DNA of 64,000 nt from Chloroflexota bacterium (GCA_963662335.2 CAXXVD010000002.1:736001-800000); one strand, 5' to 3'; numbered from the stretch's first letter, positions 1 through 9,703 are shown. Made by a program: numbers and translations. Notes: generated by a model not told the origin, from the letters alone.

Positions 1-355
1 CCAGGAGCGTATCCACCGGGTCCGGCAGGAGCGAATCCGGGTCCGGCTGCACCTCCAGCTTGACCCAGTCCGAGCCGGTCAGTTCGCGGGCCAGTTGGGA
101 GGTGACGATCGCCTCGTCCGCGTCGCGGGCGCCGGCCGTGTTCGGCAGGATTGTATAGTGTTCCCAGTCGATGTGGTCCAGAATCGTCTTTTGGGTGGGG
201 TTGCTGAGGTCGAGCCGCCGTATCGCGACCGTGATGATCTCCGCGCCGGAAGCCGCGATCGCCTGGAGCATTTCGTCCGGCGTGCGGTACTTGCCGGTGC
301 CGATCATCAGCCGCGAGCGAAACTGCTTGCCCGCAATCACAAGCGTGTCTGCCAT
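1..355 (-). CDS. thiG: Thiazole synthase, 5' part (runs off window start)
   Basis: Not in ORF track; my translation from ATG at 355 gives MADTLVIAGKQFRSRLMIGTGKY...ILPNTAGARDADEA...WVKLEVQPDPDSLLPDPVDTLL, with ThiG motifs GTGKY, LPNTAG and WVKLEV. Confidence 0.93.
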   Translation of the reverse strand, partial: MADTLVIAGKQFRSRLMIGTGKYRTPDEMLQAIAASGAEIITVAIRRLDLSNPTQKTILDHIDWEHYTILPNTAGARDADEAIVTSQLARELTGSDWVKLEVQPDPDSLLPDPVDTLL

Positions 356-566
356 TGCCGTTGCCTTCCGCCAAGGCGCTTTACCGCGCCGCTCCCGTTG
401 AGGGTGGCACGGCGCAATAGAAGCCGGTGAGTCGCGTCCAGTATACCACGCCGCGCGGGGCACAGCGAGCGCGACCGGCGCGGCGGCGGCCGGTGGGCAG
501 CGGTGGCGGAGTGGAGTATGCTGAATTGAAGAATGTCTCAGCATCGCTGTCAGGGGAGCAACCATC

Positions 567-1178
567 ATGGAGAAACCGGCGGACACCGCGCATCCCATTC
601 ACGACCTGCTCCGGCGGCGGTGGAGTCCCCGCGCCTTTGGGGCGCGCGGCGTGACGGCGGCGCAATTGGCCAGCCTGTTCGAGGCGGCGCGTTGGGCGCC
701 GTCGTCGTTCAACGGCCAGCCCTGGCACTACATCGTCGCCACGCGGGACGACCGGGCGGCGTTCGCCCGGCTGCTCGACTGCTTGCGGCCGCAAAACATC
801 CGGTGGGCGCAGCACGCGCCGGTGCTCATCTTGGCGGTGGCGCAGTTGTCCATGTCGGCGGAGCGCGGGCTTAACCGCCACGCGCTGCACGACGTGGGCC
901 TGGCGAACGAGAATCTCGCGCTGCAAGCCGTGGCCCTCGGCCTGGTGGCGCACCAGATGGCCGGCTTCTTCCCGGACAAGGCGCGCGCGAACTACGGCAT
1001 CCCGGAGGGGTACGAGGCGATTACGGCGATTGCGGTGGGCTATCCGGGCGACCCGGAGGACTTGCCGCCGGAAATCAAGGCGCGGGAACTCCAACCCCGC
1101 GAGCGCCGGCCGCTCAGCGCGTTCGTGTTCTCAGACGCCTGGGGCCGGCAGTGGACGGCAGAGAGGGATGGGCGCTGA
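567..1178 (+). CDS. Nitroreductase family protein
   Basis: RRRWSPRAF, ARWAPSSFNGQPWHY, IAVGYP motifs; GGGGAG RBS upstream. Confidence 0.9.
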   Translation: MEKPADTAHPIHDLLRRRWSPRAFGARGVTAAQLASLFEAARWAPSSFNGQPWHYIVATRDDRAAFARLLDCLRPQNIRWAQHAPVLILAVAQLSMSAERGLNRHALHDVGLANENLALQAVALGLVAHQMAGFFPDKARANYGIPEGYEAITAIAVGYPGDPEDLPPEIKARELQPRERRPLSAFVFSDAWGRQWTAERDGR

Positions 1179-1288
1179 CAACGAGAATTGCCTGATTTGC
1201 TAAGCGCAATGCCCTTGGGCGCATTTGCCATTCGGGCCAAGAGGCGGGGGACGAGCCCCCGCGCTAGGATGCCGGCCGCGCGCCGCGC

Positions 1289-2470
1289 TCAATGGTGGAA
1301 CAGCCGCAGGTTGGCGAACGTCATCACCATGCCGTAGTCGTCGGCCGCCTGGATGACTTCGTCGTCGCGGTTGGAGCCGCCGGTTTGCGCCACGTAACGC
1401 ACCCCGCTGCGGGAGGCGCGGTCCACGCTGTCGCGGAACGGGAAGAAGGCGTCGGAACTCAGCGCCACGCCCTGGAGCGTATCCAGCCATTGGCGCTTCT
1501 CGCCGGCCGTCAGGCGCGTGGGCGGCGCGGTGAACGCTTCCAGCCACGCCCGCGTCTCCGCCGGCGTGAGTTCATCCAGCAGGAAGCGGTCGATGGCGTT
1601 GTTGCGCTCGGCGCGCGCTAGTTTTGGCCGCAGGGGCAGCCCCAACACGGCGGGATGTTGCCGCAGGTACCAGAGATCCGCCTTGGCCGCGGCCAGGCGC
1701 GTGCAGTGGATGCGGGATTGCTGGCCCGCGCCCAGGCCGATCACCTGTCCGTCGTAGGCCAGGCAGACGGAGTTCGACTGCGTATACTTGACCGCCAGCG
1801 TGGCCACCAGCAGGTCGCGCACGGCCGCGGCGGGCAATTCCGTATTGGTCGTGACGATGTCGGCAAAGAGTTCCGGGCCGGGCACGCGGTCGTTGCGGCG
1901 CTGCTCGAACGTGACGCCAAAGACCTCCCGCCGTTCCAGCAGCGGCGGCGCGTAGGCCGGATCGACCTGCAGCACCAGATAGGCGCCGCCCTTCTTGGGC
2001 CGCAGCATCGCCAGCGCCTCCGGTTCGTAGCCGGGGGCGATGACGCCGTCTGAGACTTCGCGGCGGAGCAGTCGCGCCGTCGGGGCGTCCACCACGTCGC
2101 TGAGCGCGGCCATGTCGCCGAACGACGAGACGCTGTCGCCGCCCCGCGCGCGCGCATAGGCCGCCGCCAGGGGCGAAAGCGCTACCGTGCCCACGGCGTA
2201 GGCCTGGTGCAAGGCGTCACTGAGCGGGACGCCCACCGCGGCCCCGGCCGGGCTGACGTGCTTAAACGAGGCCGCCGCCGGCAACTCCAGCGTCTCCTGA
2301 AGCTCTTTCACCAGTTGCCAGGCGTTGAGCGCGTCCAGCAGATTGACGTAGCCCGGCGCGCCGTTGAGCACGGTGAACGGCAGGGCGCCGCTGCCCTCCG
2401 CGCGCAGCGCGCGCGCCGGCGTCTGGTGCGGATTCACGCCGTACCGCAGGGGGAGATCGTAGCCGCTCAT
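1289..2470 (-). CDS. purH: AICAR transformylase (PurH lacking the N-terminal IMP cyclohydrolase domain)
   Basis: Starts MSGYDLPLRYGVNPHQ; FKHVSPAG, KYTQSNSV, GAGQQSRIHC, SSDAFFPFRD, C-terminal RLFHH; start moved from 2680 to ATG 2470 (GGAAGGA RBS). Confidence 0.9.
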   Translation of the reverse strand: MSGYDLPLRYGVNPHQTPARALRAEGSGALPFTVLNGAPGYVNLLDALNAWQLVKELQETLELPAAASFKHVSPAGAAVGVPLSDALHQAYAVGTVALSPLAAAYARARGGDSVSSFGDMAALSDVVDAPTARLLRREVSDGVIAPGYEPEALAMLRPKKGGAYLVLQVDPAYAPPLLERREVFGVTFEQRRNDRVPGPELFADIVTTNTELPAAAVRDLLVATLAVKYTQSNSVCLAYDGQVIGLGAGQQSRIHCTRLAAAKADLWYLRQHPAVLGLPLRPKLARAERNNAIDRFLLDELTPAETRAWLEAFTAPPTRLTAGEKRQWLDTLQGVALSSDAFFPFRDSVDRASRSGVRYVAQTGGSNRDDEVIQAADDYGMVMTFANLRLFHH

Positions 2471-2688
2471 CGCACTGTCGGTCCTTCCAGGGATGTGGGA
2501 TGTCTTTCCACTTTGCCGCCGGGCAGCCGTTGTAAAGGTGAACGGGATGCGGAACGGCGAGCGATTCTTGCGCGCTCCGCTATGCTTCCGCGCTGCCACA
2601 CGCCTGCGCTGAGCTTGCCGAATTGCCCGGCGCGAATGGAGAAGCTCCAATCTTCCCGCGCTTGCGCAAGACTCCCGCACACGTAAGC

Positions 2689-5571
2689 CTACTCGACGAC
2701 GGTCACGCTTATTTGCGGCGTGGTCGCCAGATTGTAGGTGCCGTCGTGGGCAACGGCCTTATCGTAGGCCACCACCAGGATCGTATGGACGCCGGTGGCG
2801 CCGAGCGGGTTCCATTCTACCTCGAACGGCGGCGTGCGGCGCTCGGCGATCTTCTTGCCGTCCACGTAGAACTCCACCCGATCGAGCATCTGGTCCGAGG
2901 CCAGCGCCTGGATGCGGACGATGCCCGGCGGCAGTTGCGCGCCCTCGCGCGGGGTGAGCAGCGTCACCTGCGGCGGCGTGTTGTCAACCGTCACGCGCGC
3001 CCGCGCTTCCTGCTGGCGTCCGTTGACGTCCTGGGCGACAACGCGCACGGTAAAGACGCCGTTCAAGTGTAGGGGGCTTGCCGTATCCCAGGGCATGATC
3101 ACGTCGTTCGCCACCGGTTGCGTGCGCTGCCCAATCAACTCCCAACTCGCCGGTTCCGGCCCAAACCCGTACTCGACCCGGAACCACGCCAGGCCCGGCA
3201 GCAGCACGTTGCCGCGGATTTCCAGGATGCTGCGCACCGGACGATCGGGTTGCGGCCAGGATAGCGCCACCGGCGCCACCGGCACGGGAATGTGCGCCTC
3301 GGTGGGCGGCTGCGGGATTTCCTCCTGCTGGAACCAGTCCTGCTCATCCGGCGGCGCGATGAAGTACACCCGCTCCTCCACCTGGTCGGGCGGCGTCTGC
3401 GGCGCGGCCAGCAAGCCGCTCTCCTTGTGTATCTGGAACGGCACGAAGAAGGTGTCCTCCTCCGTGGGCTCCGTGCCCGCAATGAACAATTCCATGTAGG
3501 TGCCGCCGCAGTAGGGGGTTGGCTGGTAGCCCGCCACCAGCCCGCAGAGCGTTGCCAGCGCCTCCTGCTCGCGGGTGTCGTCGCAGTAGGGCGTGGCCAA
3601 CATGCCGGTGGCGCGGCAGACCTCCACTTCCACCAGGCCGGCCGGCCGCGGGAACTCTTCCTCCGGCAAAGCCAGCAACGCCAACGCCGCTTCCATAAAG
3701 GAGTTCCAGATCGGCCCGGCGCCGCTCAGGCCGGTCGTGTCCTTCATGGGACGGCCGTCCGAGTTGCCCACCCACACGCCGGTCACCAGGTTGGGCGTAT
3801 AGCCCAGCGTCCAGTTGTCCTTGGAGTCGTCGGTGGTGCCGGTCTTCGCGGCGGCCGGACGTGAAAGCTTGAGATCGCTATCCGCCCCGAACATGGGGAT
3901 GCGGGCCTCGTTATCGGAGAGGATGCTGGTGATCTGGTAGGCGATCTGTGGGGAGAGCGCCTGTGTTCCCGGCGGCGGTTCATAGGCGTAGAGCACGTTG
4001 CCGGCGGAATCGGTGACGCGCAGGATGGCTTCCGGCGCGCGGTAGAGGCCATTGGTAGCAAAGACGCTGTAGGCGCTGGCCAGATCCAGCAGCCGCACCT
4101 CCGCGCCGCCCAGCACCACCGCGGGCCCGTAGTACGTCTCGTCGGCAAAGCTGGTGATGCCCAAGCGCCGGGCCATGGCGATGCCGTCGATCACGCCCAC
4201 GTGCTGCACCGTCTTGACCGCCGGGATATTGTAGGAGTTCGCCAGCGCCGCGCGCACCGGGGCCGGGCCGTGGAACTTCTCGTCATAGTTTTGCGGCGAA
4301 TAGACCGGCGAGCCGGGAATATGGACGTTGTGCGGCACGTCCCAGATGAGCGTGGCGGGCGTCCAGCCCCGCTCGAACGCGGCCGCGTAGAAGAGCGGTT
4401 TGATCGCCGACCCGGGCTGCCGCAGCGAGGTGGTGACGTTCACCTGCCCGTCGATCGAGCGATCGCCGTAGTCCACGCTGCCGAGCATGGCCAGGACCTC
4501 GCCGGTCTTGGGGTCGAGCGCGATGAGGGCGGCGTTGCTGGCGTCGTGGGCGGCCAGCCGCGTGATGTGTTCCCGCGCCACGCGCTCCGCCAGCGCCTGC
4601 AACTCGAGGTCGAGGGTGGTGGTGACGTGCAGGCCGCCGCGGAAGAGCGTGTCGGGGCCGTAGCGCTCCTCCAGCAGCGTGCGCACGTAGAAGACGAAGT
4701 GCGGCGCGCGCAAGGGCTGGCTCTGCTCGTTGTAGTCAAGTTCGGTCGCATAGGCGTCGGCGGCTTCCTGCTGCGAGATGAAGCCGTTTTCCACCATCTG
4801 GTTCAGCACGTAGCGTTGGCGGATCTTGGCGCCTTCCACGTTCACGAACGGGTTCAGGCGGCTCGGCCCCTGCACGATGCCGGCCAGCATCGCCGCTTCC
4901 GGCAGGGTAAGGTCCTGCGCCGGCTTGTCGAAGTAGACGACCGAGGCGGCTTCGATGCCGTACGCCAGGTTGCCAAAGGCGATCAGGTTCAAGTAGAGCG
5001 CCAGGATTTCGTCCTTGCTGAAACGCTCGGCGATCTGCACGGCCAGCAGCAGTTCTCTGAGCTTGCGCTCCACGCTGAATTCGGGCGTGAGAAAGACGGC
5101 GCGGGCGAGTTGCTGGGTGATCGTGCTGCCGCCGCCGGCAAAGTTGCCGGTCACCACGCCCAGCACGGCGCGGGCAATGCCGCGCACGTCGTAGCCCGGA
5201 TTCGTGTAGAAATTGCGGTCCTCGGCGGCGATGATGGCCTGCTTCATCACGGACGGGATCTGGTCGTAGGAGAGCACGGTGCGCTGCCCCTCGGTCGGGT
5301 CGTTGACGGTGTAGAGCAGCGCGCCGTTGCGGTCGTAGATCTTGCTGCTCTGGTGCACGGGCAAGGTCTGAAGCTGCGTGGGATCGGGCAGGTCCTGCGC
5401 CAGATAGAGGTAGACGCCGCCAACCGCGGCCCCCACCGCGGCGGTGGCAACGAACGCCAGACCGAAGAAGAGCCCGGCCAAGATGAGAAAGAAGCTGAAT
5501 ACGGAGAACGAGCGCCCGCGACTCTGCCGGCTCCTGCGCCGGCGCCGCCGGGCTAAGGTGGAGGTTGCCAA
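2689..5571 (-). CDS. Class A penicillin-binding protein (PBP1A type) with C-terminal Ig-like extension
   Basis: N-terminal Arg-rich tail plus TM; transglycosylase EDRNF and GGSTITQQL; transpeptidase SAIK, SYN, KTGT; C-terminal DNTPPQV...RVEFYVDG...AYDKA Ig-like domain. Confidence 0.92.
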   Translation of the reverse strand: MATSTLARRRRRRSRQSRGRSFSVFSFFLILAGLFFGLAFVATAAVGAAVGGVYLYLAQDLPDPTQLQTLPVHQSSKIYDRNGALLYTVNDPTEGQRTVLSYDQIPSVMKQAIIAAEDRNFYTNPGYDVRGIARAVLGVVTGNFAGGGSTITQQLARAVFLTPEFSVERKLRELLLAVQIAERFSKDEILALYLNLIAFGNLAYGIEAASVVYFDKPAQDLTLPEAAMLAGIVQGPSRLNPFVNVEGAKIRQRYVLNQMVENGFISQQEAADAYATELDYNEQSQPLRAPHFVFYVRTLLEERYGPDTLFRGGLHVTTTLDLELQALAERVAREHITRLAAHDASNAALIALDPKTGEVLAMLGSVDYGDRSIDGQVNVTTSLRQPGSAIKPLFYAAAFERGWTPATLIWDVPHNVHIPGSPVYSPQNYDEKFHGPAPVRAALANSYNIPAVKTVQHVGVIDGIAMARRLGITSFADETYYGPAVVLGGAEVRLLDLASAYSVFATNGLYRAPEAILRVTDSAGNVLYAYEPPPGTQALSPQIAYQITSILSDNEARIPMFGADSDLKLSRPAAAKTGTTDDSKDNWTLGYTPNLVTGVWVGNSDGRPMKDTTGLSGAGPIWNSFMEAALALLALPEEEFPRPAGLVEVEVCRATGMLATPYCDDTREQEALATLCGLVAGYQPTPYCGGTYMELFIAGTEPTEEDTFFVPFQIHKESGLLAAPQTPPDQVEERVYFIAPPDEQDWFQQEEIPQPPTEAHIPVPVAPVALSWPQPDRPVRSILEIRGNVLLPGLAWFRVEYGFGPEPASWELIGQRTQPVANDVIMPWDTASPLHLNGVFTVRVVAQDVNGRQQEARARVTVDNTPPQVTLLTPREGAQLPPGIVRIQALASDQMLDRVEFYVDGKKIAERRTPPFEVEWNPLGATGVHTILVVAYDKAVAHDGTYNLATTPQISVTVVE

Positions 5572-5757
5572 GAGCGCGAATCCTCGATGCGTGCGTGAGT
5601 TATGCTGCGTCCTTTTAACTGTACCACCACCTGCGCGTTGGCGCGGCGGACAGCGGCCGCCGGCATACGCAACAAAAAAAGTGCAGACTACGCGCGTAAC
5701 GTAGTATCATAGGCGGAAGAGCGCAGTCTCCGGTAGTTGGGGGAAGGCAGGCAGGCC

Positions 5758-6630
5758 ATGCGCAGCACACAGCGGCCTTGGTGGGACCCAAGCGGCTGGA
5801 CGCAGCCGCGGGCGCTCCGGCGCGAGGAGTGGGCGACCGGCACGGACCTGGAGAGCATGCTGCTGGTGGGCGACCGGCGCATCCCGCTCATTGCCGGCTT
5901 CATCGCCGGCGCGGGCGTCTTTGCCGGCCTCTTCGCCGTCATCATGATCCTGATCGCCATCTGGCCGCTCATGGTGATGATCTTTACGTTCAATCTCGTT
6001 GGGTTCGTCTCCCTCGTTCTCTCTCACACCTTCGGCTGGGTTTCCATTCTCATGGCGCTCTGGCCGGCCTTGTTCGTCGGCGGCCTCCTGGGCACGGCCA
6101 AGGCGCGCCTCAACGTGCGCCGCGCGGAACGCCGCCTGCTCCCCGTGCCCCTGCACTCCGTCTGGGACTCCCTGCCCGGCATATTGCTCAGCGTCATCGG
6201 CGTGCCGCTGCTCTTCCTGGGACTGGCGTTTTGGAAAGAGATGCCCTTCATGGTCGGGTACCTCTTGATACCCTGGCTGCTCTCCGGCCTGGTCTACGAC
6301 CAGTACTGGAACGGCTGGTTCGCCGGCATGATGCAGTCGTGGGTGGGCTCGGCGGTCTGGTTCCGCCGGACGCACAGTCTCTCCTACGTGCTGCACAGCG
6401 ATAGCGACCTCTTTGGCTGCATCTTCGGCGATCTGGCCGTGAGCGCGGACGGGCACACGGCCCACATACAGGGGTGGTTCCAGACGACCGAGCAGGTGAA
6501 GCGGGCGCGCCAGGTCGCGCGCCGCGTGGTCGGCATCCGCCGCGTTGAAGTCGAAACGCTGCCGTGGGAGATGCGCGATGACATCTGGGACGAATACACC
6601 GCAACCGTCGACCAGTCTCTCGTAGTCTAA
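5758..6630 (+). CDS. Multi-pass membrane protein with C-terminal BON-like domain (paralog 1)
   Basis: Several hydrophobic segments; C-terminus GHTAHIQGWFQTTEQVKRARQVARRVVGIRRVEV fits the BON pattern; similar to the next ORF. Confidence 0.65.
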   Translation: MRSTQRPWWDPSGWTQPRALRREEWATGTDLESMLLVGDRRIPLIAGFIAGAGVFAGLFAVIMILIAIWPLMVMIFTFNLVGFVSLVLSHTFGWVSILMALWPALFVGGLLGTAKARLNVRRAERRLLPVPLHSVWDSLPGILLSVIGVPLLFLGLAFWKEMPFMVGYLLIPWLLSGLVYDQYWNGWFAGMMQSWVGSAVWFRRTHSLSYVLHSDSDLFGCIFGDLAVSADGHTAHIQGWFQTTEQVKRARQVARRVVGIRRVEVETLPWEMRDDIWDEYTATVDQSLVV

Positions 6631-7652
6631 TGGCACAGCCAAACAGCTACGGAGGCGCCGGCGACGATAAGCGCTTCCTTTCGCGCCGCGAGATCATTTC
6701 CGCCACGGTAGCGGACGCCTTGGTGATGATCGCCGGCATCCGCGTCACGCTCCTGTCCGGCTTCATTGCCGGCGCGCTTGCGCCGATGGCGTTTATCATA
6801 CCGGTGGGGCTTGCCGTCGGCCTGTGGCCCATCTTCAATTCGTTCATGGTGGCGCTCATGGCCGGCGCGTTGCTCTTTGCGATCGTGCTCACGCCGCTGG
6901 TCATCGTCTCCGGCTTCTGGGAACGGCTGCGCGCGCTCAAGATCATCGAGATTGCCGCGGCGCTCATCATCCTCATCGTCGTCATCGTGGGCGTGCTTAC
7001 GGTCCGGACTGCCGACCCGCAAAACGCGATCACCCTCGGCACGCTCTTTTCCGGCCTACTCACGACCGTGGCGCTGACGCTCAATCTCATGCCCGTCATC
7101 ATCGCCGCGGGACTGCTGGGCGCGGTCATGGGACTCCTGCGCCGTCTCCAGGCCCACCGCGAAATCTATTGGCGCATCGTCATTGGGCCGATCGTCTCCG
7201 TCTACTTTGGCCCGCATCAAGTCCTGTCCGGCATTGCGGTGCCCGTGGGCATCGTTGCTGCGCTGGCCGCGGCCATCCCCAACGGCTATGCCTTCGCCTT
7301 GAGCGCGTTTCCCTTGTTGTTCTTCTCGGGCGTACTCTTTGGGATGTACTGGGATATCGTCCACAAGTTCGTCCTGGGCAAGATTACCGGGCGCGCGGCC
7401 TGGTTCCGCAAGAGCGTCGCGGTCGCCAAAGTGCTGGAAGATGACTCGTTCCTGTTTGGAATCCGCTTCGAGTCGGTGGCGGTTGACCCGGATACCGGCG
7501 TGGCGCAAATCCGCGCGGAGTTTCGCGACCCCGATCAGGTCTACCGCGCCCGCCAGGTCTGCCTGCGGGTTTCGGGCATTACCGAAGCCGAGGTAACGGA
7601 CACCAGCGATCCTGCGCAGCGCGCCGGCAAGGCCGGCGACTACTACTTTTGA
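6630..7652 (+). CDS. Multi-pass membrane protein with C-terminal BON-like domain (paralog 2)
   Basis: TAATG stop/start overlap with upstream gene; ~7-8 hydrophobic segments; C-terminus TGVAQIRAEFRDPDQVYRARQVCLRVSGITEAEV. Confidence 0.65.
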   Translation: MAQPNSYGGAGDDKRFLSRREIISATVADALVMIAGIRVTLLSGFIAGALAPMAFIIPVGLAVGLWPIFNSFMVALMAGALLFAIVLTPLVIVSGFWERLRALKIIEIAAALIILIVVIVGVLTVRTADPQNAITLGTLFSGLLTTVALTLNLMPVIIAAGLLGAVMGLLRRLQAHREIYWRIVIGPIVSVYFGPHQVLSGIAVPVGIVAALAAAIPNGYAFALSAFPLLFFSGVLFGMYWDIVHKFVLGKITGRAAWFRKSVAVAKVLEDDSFLFGIRFESVAVDPDTGVAQIRAEFRDPDQVYRARQVCLRVSGITEAEVTDTSDPAQRAGKAGDYYF

Positions 7653-7682
7653 GAGACGGAACGGCAGGCGGGAAGCAAACCC

Positions 7683-8519
7683 ATGCGCATCGACGCGCAC
7701 CAACACTACTGGAAGCTGAGCCGCGGCGACTACGGCTGGCTCACGCCGGACATGGGCGTGCTGTATCAAGACTATTTGCCCGCCGACCTGAAGCCCGCGC
7801 TCGACCGGCATTACATAGACAAGACGATTGTCGTGCAGGCCGCGCCGACCGTCGCTGAGACGGACTTCATGCTCTCGCTGGCCGCTGAAGACGAGACCGT
7901 GGGCGGCGTGGTCGGCTGGCTCGACATGGCCGACCCCGGCTTTCCGCGCCTGTTCGAGCGCTATCGCCGGAATCCCGCCTTCGTGGGCCTCCGCCCCATG
8001 CTGCACGACCTGGCCGACGACGCCTGGGTGACGCAACCGCTCGTGCTGGACAATCTCAGACTCCTGTCGGCGCACGACTTTCCCTTCGACTTCCTCGTGC
8101 GCCCCCAGCACCTGCCGCACGTGCTCCGGACGCTGGAACACGTGCCGCATATACGCGCGGTGATCGACCACATCGCCAAGCCGGAGATCGCGGCGAGGAA
8201 GTGGGAGCCGTGGGCGTCGTTGCTGGCGGAGATCGCGCGGCACGAGAACGTCTCCTGCAAGGTTTCAGGCATGGTGACCGAGGCCGACCACGCCCAGTGG
8301 ACGCCGGACGACCTGAAACCATATGTGGAACACACCCTTGCGTGCTTTGGGCCGGAGCGTCTGCTATACGGCAGCGACTGGCCGGTCTGCCTCCTGGCGG
8401 CGCGCTACGATGCCGTGATCGGCGCCTTGACGGAAATCCTCGCGCCGCTTCTGGATCAGGCGAACATGGCGCAGGTCTTCGGCGGCAACGCCGCGCGTTT
8501 CTACGGGATTAGCCCCTAG
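7683..8519 (+). CDS. Amidohydrolase_2 family (L-fuconolactonase-like)
   Basis: IDAHQHYW, VIDHIAKP, CKVSG, YGSDWPV, GGNAARFY. Confidence 0.88.
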   Translation: MRIDAHQHYWKLSRGDYGWLTPDMGVLYQDYLPADLKPALDRHYIDKTIVVQAAPTVAETDFMLSLAAEDETVGGVVGWLDMADPGFPRLFERYRRNPAFVGLRPMLHDLADDAWVTQPLVLDNLRLLSAHDFPFDFLVRPQHLPHVLRTLEHVPHIRAVIDHIAKPEIAARKWEPWASLLAEIARHENVSCKVSGMVTEADHAQWTPDDLKPYVEHTLACFGPERLLYGSDWPVCLLAARYDAVIGALTEILAPLLDQANMAQVFGGNAARFYGISP

Positions 8520-8552
8520 GCTGGGGACTGCCAGGCAAGCGGCGCGCCTTTC

Positions 8553-8750
8553 CGTCATTCCCGCGCACGCGGGAATCCATCTTGAGCGCCCACGGAGAGG
8601 ATGGATTCCCGCGTGCGCGGGAATGACGGTCAGCAGCCGTCTCTGCGGTAATGACGGTCAGCAGCCGCTTTTGCGGTAATGACGGTCAACAACCGCCTTT
8701 GCGGTAATGACGGTCAGCAGCCGCCTTTGCGGGAGTGACCGTCAGCCGGC
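8553..8750. repeat. CGTC-type REP inverted doublet followed by a 28-bp tandem array (~4.7 copies)
   Basis: CGTCATTCCCGCGCACGCGGGAATCCAT (8553-8580) with inverted copy 8601-8628; units GCGGKAATGACGGTCARCARCCGYYTYT start at 8617, 8645, 8673, 8701, 8729. Confidence 0.9.
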
Positions 8751-8844
8751 CTGCCAGCGGCGCTGGTAGCATAGCAAAAGCCCGCAACGATGAATTTCCG
8801 CACATCGTTACGGGCTTTGTAGAGCTTCCGGTCGAACGGTGCCT

Positions 8845-9504
8845 TTACGCCATCGGATGCATCGAGAGCGCCAGCGACGACTCGATGTTCCAGACCACTT
8901 GCGAGACCGCCTGGCCGATCAGGTCCAGCTTGCGCACCTGTTCGATGCGCGCGGCCGCTTGCCTCAATTCCTGTTTGGAGAGCAGCGTGCGGAAGATGCC
9001 GCAGGCGTCCGCCAGTCCGATGATGACGATGTCGCGCGGGCCGGGGATCACGTCGCTGAAGAGCACTTCCATAATCCGCAGCTTCACTTCCCGTTCGGCC
9101 TTGCCGTCGATCACCGGGTACCGCCGCGCCCGAAACACCCAGAGGAAGCGATCGGCGCGGCTCTCCAGAATGCCGTGCGTGATGAGCCGCTTCATGGCTT
9201 TGTCGCGGATGGCGTAGGCGTTCTCAGCCGTGTGCTCGATCCAATGGGCGATGTCGTGGACGTCAGTCGATTCCGCGATGGCGGCCAGCGTTGGATCCAG
9301 CAAGTCGTCACCGATGGGCGTCGGATCCAGCAGCATGAGCCGCTTGGGGTCGGTATCGACCCGGTTCTCCAACGCAATGTCCATCAACACGGCGCCGGCC
9401 AGGGCATACCGCAGCGACCACTCCGGGATGTGTGCGAACTCCCCACTCTCATCATCGAGCAAGAGGAGCATGATTTCTTCGGCGAAACGCAACATTTTCC
9501 TCAT
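8845..9504 (-). CDS. GPP34 / GOLPH3-Vps74 family protein
   Basis: MLRFAEEIMLLLLDDESG, LAGAVLMDIALENRV, PTPIGDDLLD, FLWVFRARRYP are typical of bacterial GPP34 proteins. Confidence 0.8.
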   Translation of the reverse strand: MRKMLRFAEEIMLLLLDDESGEFAHIPEWSLRYALAGAVLMDIALENRVDTDPKRLMLLDPTPIGDDLLDPTLAAIAESTDVHDIAHWIEHTAENAYAIRDKAMKRLITHGILESRADRFLWVFRARRYPVIDGKAEREVKLRIMEVLFSDVIPGPRDIVIIGLADACGIFRTLLSKQELRQAAARIEQVRKLDLIGQAVSQVVWNIESSLALSMHPMA

Positions 9505-9703
9505 CCTTACCGTTCAGCGAACTCTAGACCTATCGTATTCGGTGACACGCGCCTTGTCAACACACACTCGCACAGATTGTACCTTAAAGCGCGGCCGCAG
9601 CCAGGCAGCGGGCGCGCTGGCATTTCCGTTTGGCATTTGGGTGCGCTATACTTGCGTCGATAGCGGGCACATGCGGAGAAGGCGTACACAAGGAGTGACG
9701 CGC

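Noticed and set aside
356-566. TPP riboswitch upstream of thiG
   Set aside because: A CTGAGA occurs but the downstream TGAT/C..G.TAATGC..GCG.AGG core is missing; only an ATGCTGA/TCAGCAT inverted repeat (518-544) is evident
2471-2600. ZMP/ZTP riboswitch upstream of purH
   Set aside because: Vague GTGG...CCAC stem only; GACTGGCG and the 3' CGCCTGGGC pseudoknot motif are not found
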